Virus record (IMG/VR): IMGVR_UViG_3300044708_000053
Coordinates: 604 to 64,603 of that record
DNA from: a virus
Lineage: Duplodnaviria > Caudoviricetes
DNA length: 64,000 nucleotides
Reading direction: 5' to 3' (one strand)
Shown piece after piece: positions 1-9,713 of this stretch. Under the pieces are notes generated by a model that did not search any database, was not told the origin of the DNA, and saw only the letters and a list, made by a program, of their open reading frames with translations. How positions within the stretch are numbered: position 1 is the first letter of the stretch; each line of letters starts with the position of its first letter. Position numbers and translations under genes: made by a program.

Positions 1-366
1 CTCTTCGCAGGATCCCACAAAGCGAACGCCGACGATATGATACGCAAAGGTCGCTCGGCTGTCGGCGATAGGAACGGGATGAGAAAACACCCTGAGCGCA
101 CAAGCCCAGGCGAGAAAAATGGATATGCGAAGCTTACGGATGCTGAAGTGCGAGAGATTTGCCGTGCCTATGATGCGGGAGAAGCCAATCAGTATCAATT
201 AGCGGCGCAGTTTCACGTTTGGCAGATGACTATTAGCCGCATTGTTCGACGCATTTCACGCAAGTCAGCGCATTTCACTGATTCACAAAGATATGAAAAC
301 AGCGACATTGATCGAGTCCAGCGCAAGACGGCGACGGGGCGGGTTCAAGGTCTTCTTCATCTGTAG
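1..366 (+). CDS. HNH endonuclease, C-terminal part with trailing HTH; 5' end lies outside the window
   Basis: Frame is open from base 1: LFAGSHKANADDMIRKGR matches the HNH_3 tail (HLxxGTxxDNxxDMxxKGR), followed by GEKNGYAKLTDAEVREI...QLAAQFHV helix-turn-helix. Confidence 0.75.
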   Translation, partial: LFAGSHKANADDMIRKGRSAVGDRNGMRKHPERTSPGEKNGYAKLTDAEVREICRAYDAGEANQYQLAAQFHVWQMTISRIVRRISRKSAHFTDSQRYENSDIDRVQRKTATGRVQGLLHL

Positions 367-1249
367 ACTCCTCACCGTCAAACGATGCACATGGGTCACA
401 TACATTCTGGTCCAATAATGCGCTGTAAACCACTTTTGACCAATCGTCTTTACGGTTTTCAGCCTCGTCACTTCTACCTATATTGATTACTTTTGAGGCT
501 AAACCCCGGGCCGCGCGGTCGATATAACTCACTGAGCCGCCCGCCATTTCGCTTTCTACGGCGCTCAGAAGCTCTTTTCCTGATAATCCGAGCAAGGAGT
601 AGCGTGTGGTTGCGTCGACGATTCTGGCTTGAACGTCGTTCGCTACACGGCTCTCTGTGAGAGAGGTTAGATCATCCAGTTCATCGAATTCGTCTTCAGC
701 GGCGGCTTTGAATCCCCGGCAGGTACAGCAGCCGCCGTCATCGAATAGGTAACAATCAAGCGCATGGGAATGAAATTGAGGCGCGGCTTTCTCGGGTCCG
801 CTTGTCAATTCATCAATAACCAGCAATCGTCCCCTACGATGCACTTTGATGAGACGATCTCTCAGGTCGCTGTAGGATTCTTTGGAGGGGGATAGAATTA
901 GCTCGTGCAGATTTTTGGGGTTGAGTTTCTTGATACCCGAGAGACCGTCTGTGATCAATTCCTCCCTCAGTGAGAGAAGAATCTTGCCGATTGCTTCCTG
1001 AGATGATTCCTGAGCTTGAGCCACGCCTTTGACAGCGATCTTCTCGTGCTCCTTTGGTTCACGGGAGAGGGTGAGGCCGTCCCATTCGACGGATGACTTC
1101 GTTTCGAGATGATTCAGCCCGAGGTAACTGTAGAAGGCGGTTGCTTTAACTTCGCCATGTTCATCGATAGCCTTCTGCCAGAATGAGGCGTGACGCGCGG
1201 CTACAAGAGCGTCGAGTTTGAGCTTGAGTATCTTTTGTTGCAGGCTCAC
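275..1249 (-). CDS. Head morphogenesis protein (MuF/SPP1 gp7-like)
   Basis: Follows the portal; C-terminal LDQNVCDPC...DG...P...C...CRC Cys pattern typical of this family. Confidence 0.6.
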   Translation of the reverse strand: MSLQQKILKLKLDALVAARHASFWQKAIDEHGEVKATAFYSYLGLNHLETKSSVEWDGLTLSREPKEHEKIAVKGVAQAQESSQEAIGKILLSLREELITDGLSGIKKLNPKNLHELILSPSKESYSDLRDRLIKVHRRGRLLVIDELTSGPEKAAPQFHSHALDCYLFDDGGCCTCRGFKAAAEDEFDELDDLTSLTESRVANDVQARIVDATTRYSLLGLSGKELLSAVESEMAGGSVSYIDRAARGLASKVINIGRSDEAENRKDDWSKVVYSALLDQNVCDPCASFDGEESTDEEDLEPAPSPSCAGLDQCRCFHIFVNQ

Positions 1250-1545
1250 TCGTCTATGCGAACCTCGAAGTGTAAAAGGTCTTTAAGTTCTCGTGCGTCG
1301 CCCTCAAAGATTGCGTTAATGAATCCCGCGCCATTAGCGCGCACTCCACACAGGCCATTCAAAATCCCCAACAGGCCGACATGGAATCCGCCGTGCTGCG
1401 CTCCGGCCTGTAACGTGGAATGATCAGCGAGTAACTGATTGCAAGGTACGCGATTAGCGATCAGGCAAGCTATGGCGTTCCGATCCAATAGTAGTAAATC
1501 GTTGAGATAATCACAGACTCTTTGCGCCAGCACGGGATCGTTCAT
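1246..1545 (-). CDS. Hypothetical protein (99 aa) between portal and MuF-like gene
   Basis: Overlaps both neighbours by 4 nt, indicating translational coupling. Confidence 0.7.
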   Translation of the reverse strand: MNDPVLAQRVCDYLNDLLLLDRNAIACLIANRVPCNQLLADHSTLQAGAQHGGFHVGLLGILNGLCGVRANGAGFINAIFEGDARELKDLLHFEVRIDE

Positions 1546-3146
1546 GATTGCACCTGAAACCCTTTCATCTGTTGCTCCATCTCCGCAAACATGCGCTCCA
1601 TGTCCGCAAACTTCGCCAGTGACGCCGGATCAATCGGTTGCGGCTCGGGTTTAGGTGTCATATCACTCGCAGTAGCTTCCAGCTTCTCAGGAGACATGGG
1701 GGTGGAAGTAGAGGGAATGAGGCGAACACTGCCGAGCGGTTCACCTACAGGTTCCTTGCCTAGTGAGACGAGATACTGATCGAAAGTGACGCCGCCGGAG
1801 CGGAGGGCTTCTGATTCACGCTTGTAGAGTGCGTCACGATCTTCTTGGAGCACTCTTACCTTCGTGATGTCAAATGCGAATCTTGCTCCCTTCGTGTTGT
1901 CAATCTCCGGCAACACTTGCCAAGTCAAATCCTCTGACAAATGATTCTGAATCGGGATGATCACATTCTCATATCCCTGTTGTCGGGCCTGTTCGTAAGC
2001 TGCGCCATAGTGACCATTCTCCAACCCGACTATGTACTGCAATACAATCGCTGGAATACCCGTCACGCCCGCAATGCGCGATTCAGGGACGTTGCGGAGT
2101 TTGCTGAGATCGAGTTCGTCTGGGGAGAATCCAAGCTTAGTAGCTTCAATCGGCACTGGATTCACCATCGGCGTATTTGCGTTGTCACCTGTTGAAAGTT
2201 GAATCCAACGCTGCTTAATATGCATGGCTTGTTCTTCACCTACGTGCCCGCCATCTTTAGGAGAGAGCAGATACTGAACCATGCCCATGTTTTTCATGAT
2301 CTGGGCGGAGAATCTCGCTACGGCGTTGTCACCATACAACTCCTCCAGCACGCCATCCCACACCCCGGCCCCTTTGCGTGGATTGTCTGCACATACTCCA
2401 CGCTTGATGTGAACCATGTCGGCGCGTTTGATCAGCACCGGAGCCTTGCCCGGCTGGTTGTACTGGAAGTGAGTGAGGAAGGTGTTGTCAGCTTCGTCGA
2501 GTGGGACTGTCGGCGTGCCTCCATCCCCCGGCCAGCGCGGTTGTACGAGGAAGTGCGGAATATGCCACAGTTCGACTATCTGCCCAGCGATATTCCGCAC
2601 CTTCTTGAGATAGAAGTTCCCCATCCACCACTCGAAACCCAGCATAAGACAGTAATCGGCCCAGATCGAGAAGGGGTTAGGGCGACGAATGAGATCCGCG
2701 GCAATGTGCTCAGGTTCGACTTGTTGCGCCCCTTTGCCATCGGGCTTAGTTACGACTGGCAATGCTTCAGCGAGACTTATTCCTGTGTAATTCGCCACTG
2801 CCATCACGAGGGAAGAGCCGTCGAGTCGCCCGAGATCCTGTCGGCGATCCACTGAGCGATAATTCGGCCACTGCGTCCAGTAGTAGTCACTCCAGCCTTG
2901 AGCACGACCGTAGTCAGGACGCTCATCAGCGCGCACTTGTGAGGCTTTCGTTTCGATATCGCCGAGCATCTTCTGAGGAATAGGATCGCGCAGCTCGGTT
3001 ACAGCATCACTAATCTTCTGAAAGAACGACCGCTTGCCCTCGAAGTCGAGTACCTCACTTACAGGCGGGCGATTCTCGAAGGCGTCAGGGATGCCGTTGC
3101 TGTTCGAGTCCGGGTATTGAGTCTTTGCTATTGAGTTGCGTGGCAT
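1542..3146 (-). CDS. Portal protein (HK97 family)
   Basis: LIRRPNP, GNFYLKKVRN...ELWHIP, DMVHIK, IAGVTGIP...L motifs; directly downstream of TerL. Confidence 0.92.
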   Translation of the reverse strand: MPRNSIAKTQYPDSNSNGIPDAFENRPPVSEVLDFEGKRSFFQKISDAVTELRDPIPQKMLGDIETKASQVRADERPDYGRAQGWSDYYWTQWPNYRSVDRRQDLGRLDGSSLVMAVANYTGISLAEALPVVTKPDGKGAQQVEPEHIAADLIRRPNPFSIWADYCLMLGFEWWMGNFYLKKVRNIAGQIVELWHIPHFLVQPRWPGDGGTPTVPLDEADNTFLTHFQYNQPGKAPVLIKRADMVHIKRGVCADNPRKGAGVWDGVLEELYGDNAVARFSAQIMKNMGMVQYLLSPKDGGHVGEEQAMHIKQRWIQLSTGDNANTPMVNPVPIEATKLGFSPDELDLSKLRNVPESRIAGVTGIPAIVLQYIVGLENGHYGAAYEQARQQGYENVIIPIQNHLSEDLTWQVLPEIDNTKGARFAFDITKVRVLQEDRDALYKRESEALRSGGVTFDQYLVSLGKEPVGEPLGSVRLIPSTSTPMSPEKLEATASDMTPKPEPQPIDPASLAKFADMERMFAEMEQQMKGFQVQS

Positions 3147-3192
3147 TTGCGTATCACCGCGTTAGTTAGTTTCTCTATGAAGTTTCGGGGCA

Positions 3193-4677
3193 TTAGTAGA
3201 TAGTTGACCAATCAGGACGCGCTAGTTTGGAAAACGCTCCGCTCGCAGCGTCAACTTGGTCATCATGCGCGCCGTTTGGAAATCCTGTCAATTCATTTCT
3301 AAACGGCACATTCCACGAAGCTTTAACAATTCGGACGTTTTTAGCTTCACACTGCGAGGCTAAAGGATCGGCGCGTGTGGTCTTGTCCGCCTTCGCCATT
3401 TCAGTGTGAACACTGTAGCCAGCCAGAAAGCGGACAATGTTATCGATCATTTCAACTGCTAACCCGGGTACTTTCTCAATCCATAGTGGAATTTGTCCGT
3501 ATTTATCGAGATCTGCCTCAGCTACGTCTTTGATTTTCTGATTACGATCCATCGGAGACCACTGCCCACGCTCGACATTCTCTATATAGAAAATGCCCTC
3601 GTGTTCTGCCATCAGGCATCCCACTGTGTAGTCGGCCTTTTTGCTGTCGCTGCCGCCAAGATCCCAATAACGTACCCGTTTCGCCTTGACGGGAACCGCG
3701 CTAACTTCGTGAGCGAGATCGGCTAGTTTGAACATTCCGCCCTCACGCGCCGTGGGACGTTGGCGATAGAGCGCATTCCAGTAGTACGAGCCGATGCGCT
3801 TCTCAATCTTGCGTAGTTTCTTAATCGGATAACGTTCTGGGCAAAGGGCTTCGCCGACTTTACGATCATCAGGTTCCAATGTGCAGGTAGGCGGAATTAT
3901 TATCTGATCCTCTTCCTTGATCGCCTCCAGACAGATGATGTGCCAGTGTTCGGGTTCCTCTTCAAATTCCTGCGACAGAAGCCAGCCTGGCAAATCCATC
4001 TCATTCCAGCGCGTGGCTTGCAGCACGATTGCTCCGTTGGGTTCCTCGCGCGTGTAAAAAGTTGATGGATACCAGTCCTGATGATCCTTGCGCGTCGCTT
4101 CTGATTGTGCTTCTTTGGCGTTTTTCAGCGGGTCGTCAATAATTCCCAGATGAAAACCTTTACCTGTAATTGGCCCTCCCACACCGGCAGACCATAATCC
4201 CCCACCTTTGGCTGTTTCCCAATGTTTTACCGCCCGCGCAGACTCGCGCATAACACTGCCACTGCTTAGATAGTTGTCGCGTGAGTTTCTGGAAAGCGTG
4301 TAGGCGAGCTCGGCGGCGTAAGAATTGATGCCTGCCCAGCGTTCCGGGTAGAGACTCAGGTAATAAGCCGAGAATAAGCGGGAGAGTAACTCTGACTTAC
4401 CATGCCGCGGCGGGGCGAAAATCATTACCCGATTAAGTTCGCCGAGTGCGACGCGAATCAGTACGCGTGCGATCTTTATGCAGTGCGGATACCACCGAAA
4501 ACGAGGGTTGGCGATGGTGACGAAGGACTGAAATCCCTCAAGGCTCGGCTGACGACTCTTGGCCGTTCGCAGTGGCTCGATGGGCTGCTTCGAGAAGTCG
4601 AATTGCTTTGTCTGCCATGACTCCGTGGAGAACGGCAAACTCACCGGCGGGCTGTTTTGTAACGTATTCTCTCTCAC
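3193..4677 (-). CDS. terL: Terminase large subunit (start uncertain)
   Basis: Walker A APPRHGKSEL, Walker B IIDDP, coupling motif ATRW, nuclease domain WDLG...ADYTVG and HDDQVDA. Confidence 0.95.
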   Translation of the reverse strand: MRENTLQNSPPVSLPFSTESWQTKQFDFSKQPIEPLRTAKSRQPSLEGFQSFVTIANPRFRWYPHCIKIARVLIRVALGELNRVMIFAPPRHGKSELLSRLFSAYYLSLYPERWAGINSYAAELAYTLSRNSRDNYLSSGSVMRESARAVKHWETAKGGGLWSAGVGGPITGKGFHLGIIDDPLKNAKEAQSEATRKDHQDWYPSTFYTREEPNGAIVLQATRWNEMDLPGWLLSQEFEEEPEHWHIICLEAIKEEDQIIIPPTCTLEPDDRKVGEALCPERYPIKKLRKIEKRIGSYYWNALYRQRPTAREGGMFKLADLAHEVSAVPVKAKRVRYWDLGGSDSKKADYTVGCLMAEHEGIFYIENVERGQWSPMDRNQKIKDVAEADLDKYGQIPLWIEKVPGLAVEMIDNIVRFLAGYSVHTEMAKADKTTRADPLASQCEAKNVRIVKASWNVPFRNELTGFPNGAHDDQVDAASGAFSKLARPDWSTIY

Positions 4678-4927
4678 GCGCTAAGATTGTTTGCTCCTTG
4701 AGCGTGATGAGGGTCTCAGTGAGATACTCGAACAAAAGCCGTTCGATGTGCTCACCCTTTTTAGTTGCAACAACTTGCAATTGGTCATCAGGAATGGCGC
4801 TTCTCCATCGGCTAACTACTGAAGGATCAAGATTGTACTGACTTGCAACCTCTGTGACTCCCTGACCTACAAGAAGTGACGCGATAACTTGCGCGCGAAT
4901 GTCATCGGAATGTCTCTTACCACGCAT
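4538..4927 (-). CDS. Terminase small subunit (N-terminal HTH)
   Basis: HTH (GVTEVASQYNLDPSVVSRW); immediately upstream of and overlapping TerL. Confidence 0.7.
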   Translation of the reverse strand: MRGKRHSDDIRAQVIASLLVGQGVTEVASQYNLDPSVVSRWRSAIPDDQLQVVATKKGEHIERLLFEYLTETLITLKEQTILAREREYVTKQPAGEFAVLHGVMADKAIRLLEAAHRATANGQESSAEP

Positions 4928-4975
4928 GGAACAAATTTGCCGCTCGGGAGTTTAACCGATTAAACGAAGGTGGCG

Positions 4976-7300
4976 CTACCTATTCCTCACTAGCACATCC
5001 GCCACATAACCACTTCTCCCGTCATCGAAGCCGATAAAGATATACCAGAAGTCACTCGCTGGATCTTTCGTACGCGTTCCCGTTGTCCATCCTCGAGCGT
5101 TAATTTTTGCTGTCCCTATTGACGGAGCAGAGATAGTTGGCCCGCTGCGAATGTTGGCCTTAGCAATGATTTCCGCACGAGATAGGACTGACAGTGGTGG
5201 ACATGGCGTCGGAGATGGCGAGGGTTGGGGAGTTGGAGTTGGCGTCACTGTCGGTGCGACTGTCGGCGTCGGCGTACTGGTAGCTGTTACACTTGGACTT
5301 GTTGTCGGTGAAGGTAGTGAGACAGGACCACTACCAAAGATTGCAGACTTCAGCGCGTCAATGTCGGCGCCGAGATCAGTGCTATCACTCCCTTGTTTGT
5401 AGAATGGACTCGTGCTCAGTAAGCGATAGTTATCCAACGATGTGCCTGACAAATCCGGGTTAGTGAATCCTGCCGCAGCAAGTGATGCCACGAGGATGTT
5501 ATCGGGATAGGGCGTAGTCCAGGAGGTTTTGATATCCTCGTCCGTCCAGTCTGGAACCTTGATAAGCCCGTTACGCCGCACTTCCGCGCCAGGCCAACAG
5601 GCAGTGATCGGCGCTCCGGCAATCCCCGCAGAATCGGTAAAACAAATGTTTGGAGCAGCCAGATAGATGTTGTCCCGGTTGACAAATCCCTCTAGTCGAT
5701 TTGGCTTGTCGGCGTATGACGTGAACGCTCGATACTTGCCTACCAGTACAGTGTTGTGTGTGACGCTGATGTTGTCGCCGCCGCTCATCTGATTCGCGAT
5801 GACCTGAAAATAAGCATTGCTATCATCGTTGACATATAGTCGTTCAACTAGGTTGTTGTGATAACGAATGTTCTTCGACTTGTCCGTGAGATTCCGGCCA
5901 TCGTTGAAGTAGCCGGTAAAGGGAGCATTCCCATCCTTGTACCAATTGAAAGAGACTGAGAGCCCATCGTTGTCGTTCCACGGATCCGCGCCGGCCTGAT
6001 TGCGGGTAGTGATTGTTGGGCCAGTACAGCCTTCAAAGATATTCCCTTCAATCTTGACGTTCTTCGCGGACTTCAGCTCGTAGTAACCCTTGCCCCCACA
6101 GTTATTTCCCATGAGCGGTCCCCACTCGCGCGGGTGCTCGATAATGTTGTGTATTACATTAACATTCTGAATCTGATAGCCATCCCAGCGTGTTGGACTC
6201 CCATCGCTGGGGATCTGTTGCGGCGCCGTGCTCTTGAAGGGCAGACATTGATTATCGTTAGGGACATCGTTCCCGCTCCAGCATAACGGCGCTTCAAACT
6301 TCACTGTACTTCCATCGATTCCCGCTACTCGCATCGTGCCCCACGCTTCACGTGTAATCCCATTGCCATCGACGTAGGTATAGACGCGGATCGCCACGGC
6401 TTTGCCGATAGTGATTCCTTTCGTACTACTGAACACACAGGAGAGGGAAGTGCAACTGGAAACAGTTCCCATTCCATCAGCGCTTGCTATCCCTTTCGCT
6501 CCACCACCGAGAAACCATGAATAGGTCCAAGCTTGAATCAGGTTTCTTGAGATACTGATATCATCGGACCATGTACTCATCAGTACGCCAGCGGAAGCAG
6601 CACGAGTGCCATCAGGATAGCGGCGTAGAAACCCTTGAATAGCATTTTGCTCAATGTCAATCCGCGTGCCCTCCATATAGATCGCATTCTCAGCAGAGCG
6701 ATTGAGGGTTTCCTGCGTAGCCGGGACACCAGTCTCTTCCGGCGGGTGAATCCAATTCAGGCGAATCTTATCCCTATCCGGCCACTCGCTAATATCCGTT
6801 GGCTCCCTTTCTCCCAGCCCAACTAAGCGAACAGTGTTTGAACCAATCTCACTGGTAATATCGAGGCCCTCTACTACCCAGCACTTCGCTTTCGGATTCA
6901 CCCAGATCGCCGGAGATCCACTGGTAGTTACTACCTTTGGCATTCGAGCAGCCATTGCAGTAGTAATGACAACTTTCTGCGCCGGGTAGTTGGAAAGTGC
7001 TGGTGGAGTCCCAGTCGAGTCGCTGGTGGTAAGCAGTATCCTCTCATCACCACAGTCTCGAGCCGTGCTCGTGGGCGTTCCCTTGTCACCGAGATTGAAG
7101 CCAACTGAGGTTTTGAAAGTTGCGCCCGCTGCGAGATGAATCGTGTCGCCAAACTTCGCTGAGTTGAGCGCGGCCTGTAAATCATCTCCCGGCCCCACTT
7201 CGATCACATTCGACGACAGCAGCATAAACATCGCGACCGTCCCCGCGGTGAGCATTGCTGCGCCACCTGCAATAATTCCAGTTCGTTTAGAAATAGCCAT
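4976..7300 (-). CDS. Exported right-handed beta-helix (pectin-lyase-like) protein with P/T linker and C-terminal SH3b-like domain
   Basis: N-terminal hydrophobic segment, GDDLQAALNSAKFGDTIHL start, repeated IxxNxI beta-helix turns, TPTP linker, ANIRSGP...WY.I...G.SGYV SH3b pattern. ATG at 7300 preferred over the track start at 7354, which lies in a terminator. Confidence 0.75.
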   Translation of the reverse strand: MAISKRTGIIAGGAAMLTAGTVAMFMLLSSNVIEVGPGDDLQAALNSAKFGDTIHLAAGATFKTSVGFNLGDKGTPTSTARDCGDERILLTTSDSTGTPPALSNYPAQKVVITTAMAARMPKVVTTSGSPAIWVNPKAKCWVVEGLDITSEIGSNTVRLVGLGEREPTDISEWPDRDKIRLNWIHPPEETGVPATQETLNRSAENAIYMEGTRIDIEQNAIQGFLRRYPDGTRAASAGVLMSTWSDDISISRNLIQAWTYSWFLGGGAKGIASADGMGTVSSCTSLSCVFSSTKGITIGKAVAIRVYTYVDGNGITREAWGTMRVAGIDGSTVKFEAPLCWSGNDVPNDNQCLPFKSTAPQQIPSDGSPTRWDGYQIQNVNVIHNIIEHPREWGPLMGNNCGGKGYYELKSAKNVKIEGNIFEGCTGPTITTRNQAGADPWNDNDGLSVSFNWYKDGNAPFTGYFNDGRNLTDKSKNIRYHNNLVERLYVNDDSNAYFQVIANQMSGGDNISVTHNTVLVGKYRAFTSYADKPNRLEGFVNRDNIYLAAPNICFTDSAGIAGAPITACWPGAEVRRNGLIKVPDWTDEDIKTSWTTPYPDNILVASLAAAGFTNPDLSGTSLDNYRLLSTSPFYKQGSDSTDLGADIDALKSAIFGSGPVSLPSPTTSPSVTATSTPTPTVAPTVTPTPTPQPSPSPTPCPPLSVLSRAEIIAKANIRSGPTISAPSIGTAKINARGWTTGTRTKDPASDFWYIFIGFDDGRSGYVADVLVRNR

Positions 7301-7331
7301 AGAGGATTCCTTTGATAGCAGTCTAAAGAGA

Positions 7332-7376
7332 GGAAAAACGAGGCTGAGTCTCAATGCCCCTTACAGGCTCAGCCTC
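7332..7376 (-). terminator. Rho-independent terminator-like hairpin
   Basis: GAGGCTGAG/CTCAGCCTC 9-bp stem followed by GTTTTT on the minus strand. Confidence 0.7.
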
Positions 7377-7481
7377 AACACAGGAGGTCCGAGTGATCTG
7401 CGTCACTTGGAGGGGAATATATCACGGAATTGTTACTTTGTTGCGGTTTTTGTCTAAGAAGAGACTTGCAAGGTTTGCTTT

Positions 7482-7928
7482 TCATCCCTTCGACTGCCGC
7501 TTAGTTAAGTTCTCATAGGCTTCCACCATCTTCTTTACGTCGTGGTGTTCAGCGGTGTGGAAGGGGATCGAATGGAAGGCGAGCAAGGCGATCGCCTTTT
7601 TAAGATCCAAGCGCATCATATCTTCCCCGAGCTTATCCTGCTCCAGTTGGAAGTTCTTCCCTTGTAGTTCGTGAATCGTGTCGCCTGCTTCAATTAAGGC
7701 GCTCAATAACTTGCCTACGCCTTCGCCGGCCGCAATGCTGTCTCTGAATTCAGTACTGCGCGCGTTCACGCGAGCGAGCTCAGCCCGAGCCTCAATCTCT
7801 TTATTCTCTAAGTCCGTTTTTTTTCTATTGCGGTAACTGGTTACGAGAAAGGGAATTAAACCAATAGAAGCGGCAATGAGGAGGCGAAACACTTCGGTCC
7901 ATGTAATCGGAGAGGGTGAGAGTTGCAT
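7482..7928 (-). CDS. Membrane protein (N-terminal TM plus coiled coil), holin/lysis-cassette-like
   Basis: LLIAASIGLIPFLV hydrophobic helix then charged heptads. Confidence 0.5.
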   Translation of the reverse strand: MQLSPSPITWTEVFRLLIAASIGLIPFLVTSYRNRKKTDLENKEIEARAELARVNARSTEFRDSIAAGEGVGKLLSALIEAGDTIHELQGKNFQLEQDKLGEDMMRLDLKKAIALLAFHSIPFHTAEHHDVKKMVEAYENLTKRQSKG

Positions 7929-7938
7929 TTCATCGTCT

Positions 7939-8448
7939 TCAAGGAGAATTCTCTGTTGTATTCCGGGCTGATTTGATTATTTGCAATAGTCGTGTCGCCT
8001 CTTCTTCCAACACTCGCAGTTGACTGACTGGCACCGCGACAGTCGCCGCCCTCAAGTTTTCATAAAGTTCGGTAGCGTCTGAGCCGGGAAACTGATGCGC
8101 CCATTCGCCAAATACTACTTCATCCGGGAGAACGGAGTCGATCGGAACCTTTGTATAGAACCAATTTGTGCCACGTTCCTTGCAGGCTTGATCTGCGAGA
8201 CCAAGACTGGTGAAGACGCCTTGAATCTCAACACAGTAGTCTGAGGCCCAGCCTGTGTCTGCGTAAGCGGCCCGTACCTGCACTTGTTTGTCTTCCGGCA
8301 GTTCTGAGATAGGCCGACGCTTGCCGACGACGTACAGGGCTCCTAGAGCACGAATTTCCCGCACTAGGACATCTCGCAGTAGGGTTACTTCATTAACTGA
8401 AGCGAGCAGTCTCTTTCCATCGGCGGCAGTGGCGGGAAATGCGCTCAT
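7939..8448 (-). CDS. Hypothetical protein
   Basis: 169-aa ORF in operon orientation, abutting neighbours. Confidence 0.65.
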   Translation of the reverse strand: MSAFPATAADGKRLLASVNEVTLLRDVLVREIRALGALYVVGKRRPISELPEDKQVQVRAAYADTGWASDYCVEIQGVFTSLGLADQACKERGTNWFYTKVPIDSVLPDEVVFGEWAHQFPGSDATELYENLRAATVAVPVSQLRVLEEEATRLLQIIKSARNTTENSP

Positions 8449-8457
8449 AAGATGCCC

Positions 8458-8649
8458 CTACGGATTTTTGCCCGGGCCAACCGGAACACCGATAGGATCA
8501 TCGTCGCCTGTGGGTGTGCCCGGTTTTCCCGGCGGTGCTGGCGGCAACGGATCAGGCGGGCCAAGTGGAGACGGTCGCGAATCTGGTCTATCCGGTTTCT
8601 TATCATGTTTTGCCATTGGGAGGTTGCTCCTTGTTCTATGTGGTTTCAA
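8458..8649 (-). CDS. Small Pro/Gly-rich protein
   Basis: Fills the gap between coupled genes; PDPLPPAPPGKPG low-complexity sequence. Confidence 0.45.
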   Translation of the reverse strand: MKPHRTRSNLPMAKHDKKPDRPDSRPSPLGPPDPLPPAPPGKPGTPTGDDDPIGVPVGPGKNP

Positions 8650-9084
8650 CTACCTGCCTGTTAACTTCTGAAATGCATAAAGGATAATAGCGGATATCAG
8701 CGCCCCGACCACCAAACGCGACAGCCACATCATTGACGACTTCAATTCCGCGAGATCGGTTGCATTCGTCTTCACATCAGCCGCCATGCTTACTAGGCGC
8801 TCCCCGTCTACAACCCGCTGTCTTCTTAACTCTTCATGGGCCGGATGGTAGACATCGACTCTAACGAATTGAAGGCGGTCAGTCTCGACCGCTTTCCTCA
8901 GTTCGTTGAGCTCCCCGAGTCGTCTGTCCATCTGCGTCAATGCCACCTCCAGCGCCTTTTGTTGCGACACCTGATCTTTGACCATTAACTCTTTCAAGTG
9001 CGCGATTTCCCGATCCAGTTGCGCCGTAGTCAATACGGTCGGATCGGGGCGCGGGCGAATGTCTCTGTTGTCGACGGGCTCCAT
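8650..9084 (-). CDS. Coiled-coil protein with C-terminal TM (holin/spanin-like)
   Basis: Heptad pattern; ends WLSRLVVGALISAIILYAFQK. Confidence 0.55.
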   Translation of the reverse strand: MEPVDNRDIRPRPDPTVLTTAQLDREIAHLKELMVKDQVSQQKALEVALTQMDRRLGELNELRKAVETDRLQFVRVDVYHPAHEELRRQRVVDGERLVSMAADVKTNATDLAELKSSMMWLSRLVVGALISAIILYAFQKLTGR

Positions 9085-9102
9085 GCACTATTTGCACAGC
9101 TT

Positions 9103-9261
9103 TCAATACTTACCGTTCACCATCGAGTTGATCTTCTCATTCGTATCCGTCACTACTGCTTGGTTCTCACGGTGTTCCCGGTGACTAGACCAGCGGCTGA
9201 GTAAGGCGACGACGATGATCGTCAGGTTTGTAATCAAAGCGATCAGAACGCCGTCGCTCAT
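9103..9261 (-). CDS. Small single-TM protein (holin-like), not in ORF track
   Basis: Hand translation: MSDGVLIALITNLTIIVVALLSRWSSHREHRENQAVVTDTNEKINSMVNGKY*. Confidence 0.6.
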   Translation of the reverse strand: MSDGVLIALITNLTIIVVALLSRWSSHREHRENQAVVTDTNEKINSMVNGKY

Positions 9262-9264
9262 AGA

Positions 9265-9687
9265 TTAACCCTGTGCCGGGGGTTCCGTTGTGACGCCATT
9301 GATATCGTCGGCGATTCCCTTCACCGTTGACTCGATAGCAGAGATCTCGTCTTCCAGCGCCGGGTTCGCCGCTTTCAAATCAGCGATCTGTTGCTGTAAC
9401 GTATTGACACCATCCGCTACTCCGGTAAGCGCGGTCTGAATGCCTTGCAGTCTCTCTTCCTGTGTTGCCATAAATTCATCTACCTTTCTATTCAGATTGT
9501 TAATTGCATTGAGAACTTCTGAATTGTCACCTGTCTTACCACCTTGCGCGAGCGCGTCAAGTCCAGGTTTTAGGGTGCGCTCAATATGCGCTAGCTTGTT
9601 TTCCAGCGTAGTTGTGATATCGCCAACCAGCTTCTCGAGTTTGGCGAACTGCGCGGAGTCGAATGTAACTATCCTATGATCACTCAT
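9265..9687 (-). CDS. Coiled-coil hypothetical protein
   Basis: Strong heptad periodicity (LQGIQTALTGVADGVNTLQQQIADL). Confidence 0.65.
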   Translation of the reverse strand: MSDHRIVTFDSAQFAKLEKLVGDITTTLENKLAHIERTLKPGLDALAQGGKTGDNSEVLNAINNLNRKVDEFMATQEERLQGIQTALTGVADGVNTLQQQIADLKAANPALEDEISAIESTVKGIADDINGVTTEPPAQG

Positions 9688-9713
9688 AGTTGAAGTATCT
9701 CACACATTTATAC

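Noticed and set aside
4951-4966. GTTTAA-CCGA-TTAAAC palindrome before terS, and similar TTTAAC-N8-GTTAAA at 58621-58640, as a late-promoter motif
   Set aside because: The spacing differs between the two sites and two instances are too few to support a motif.
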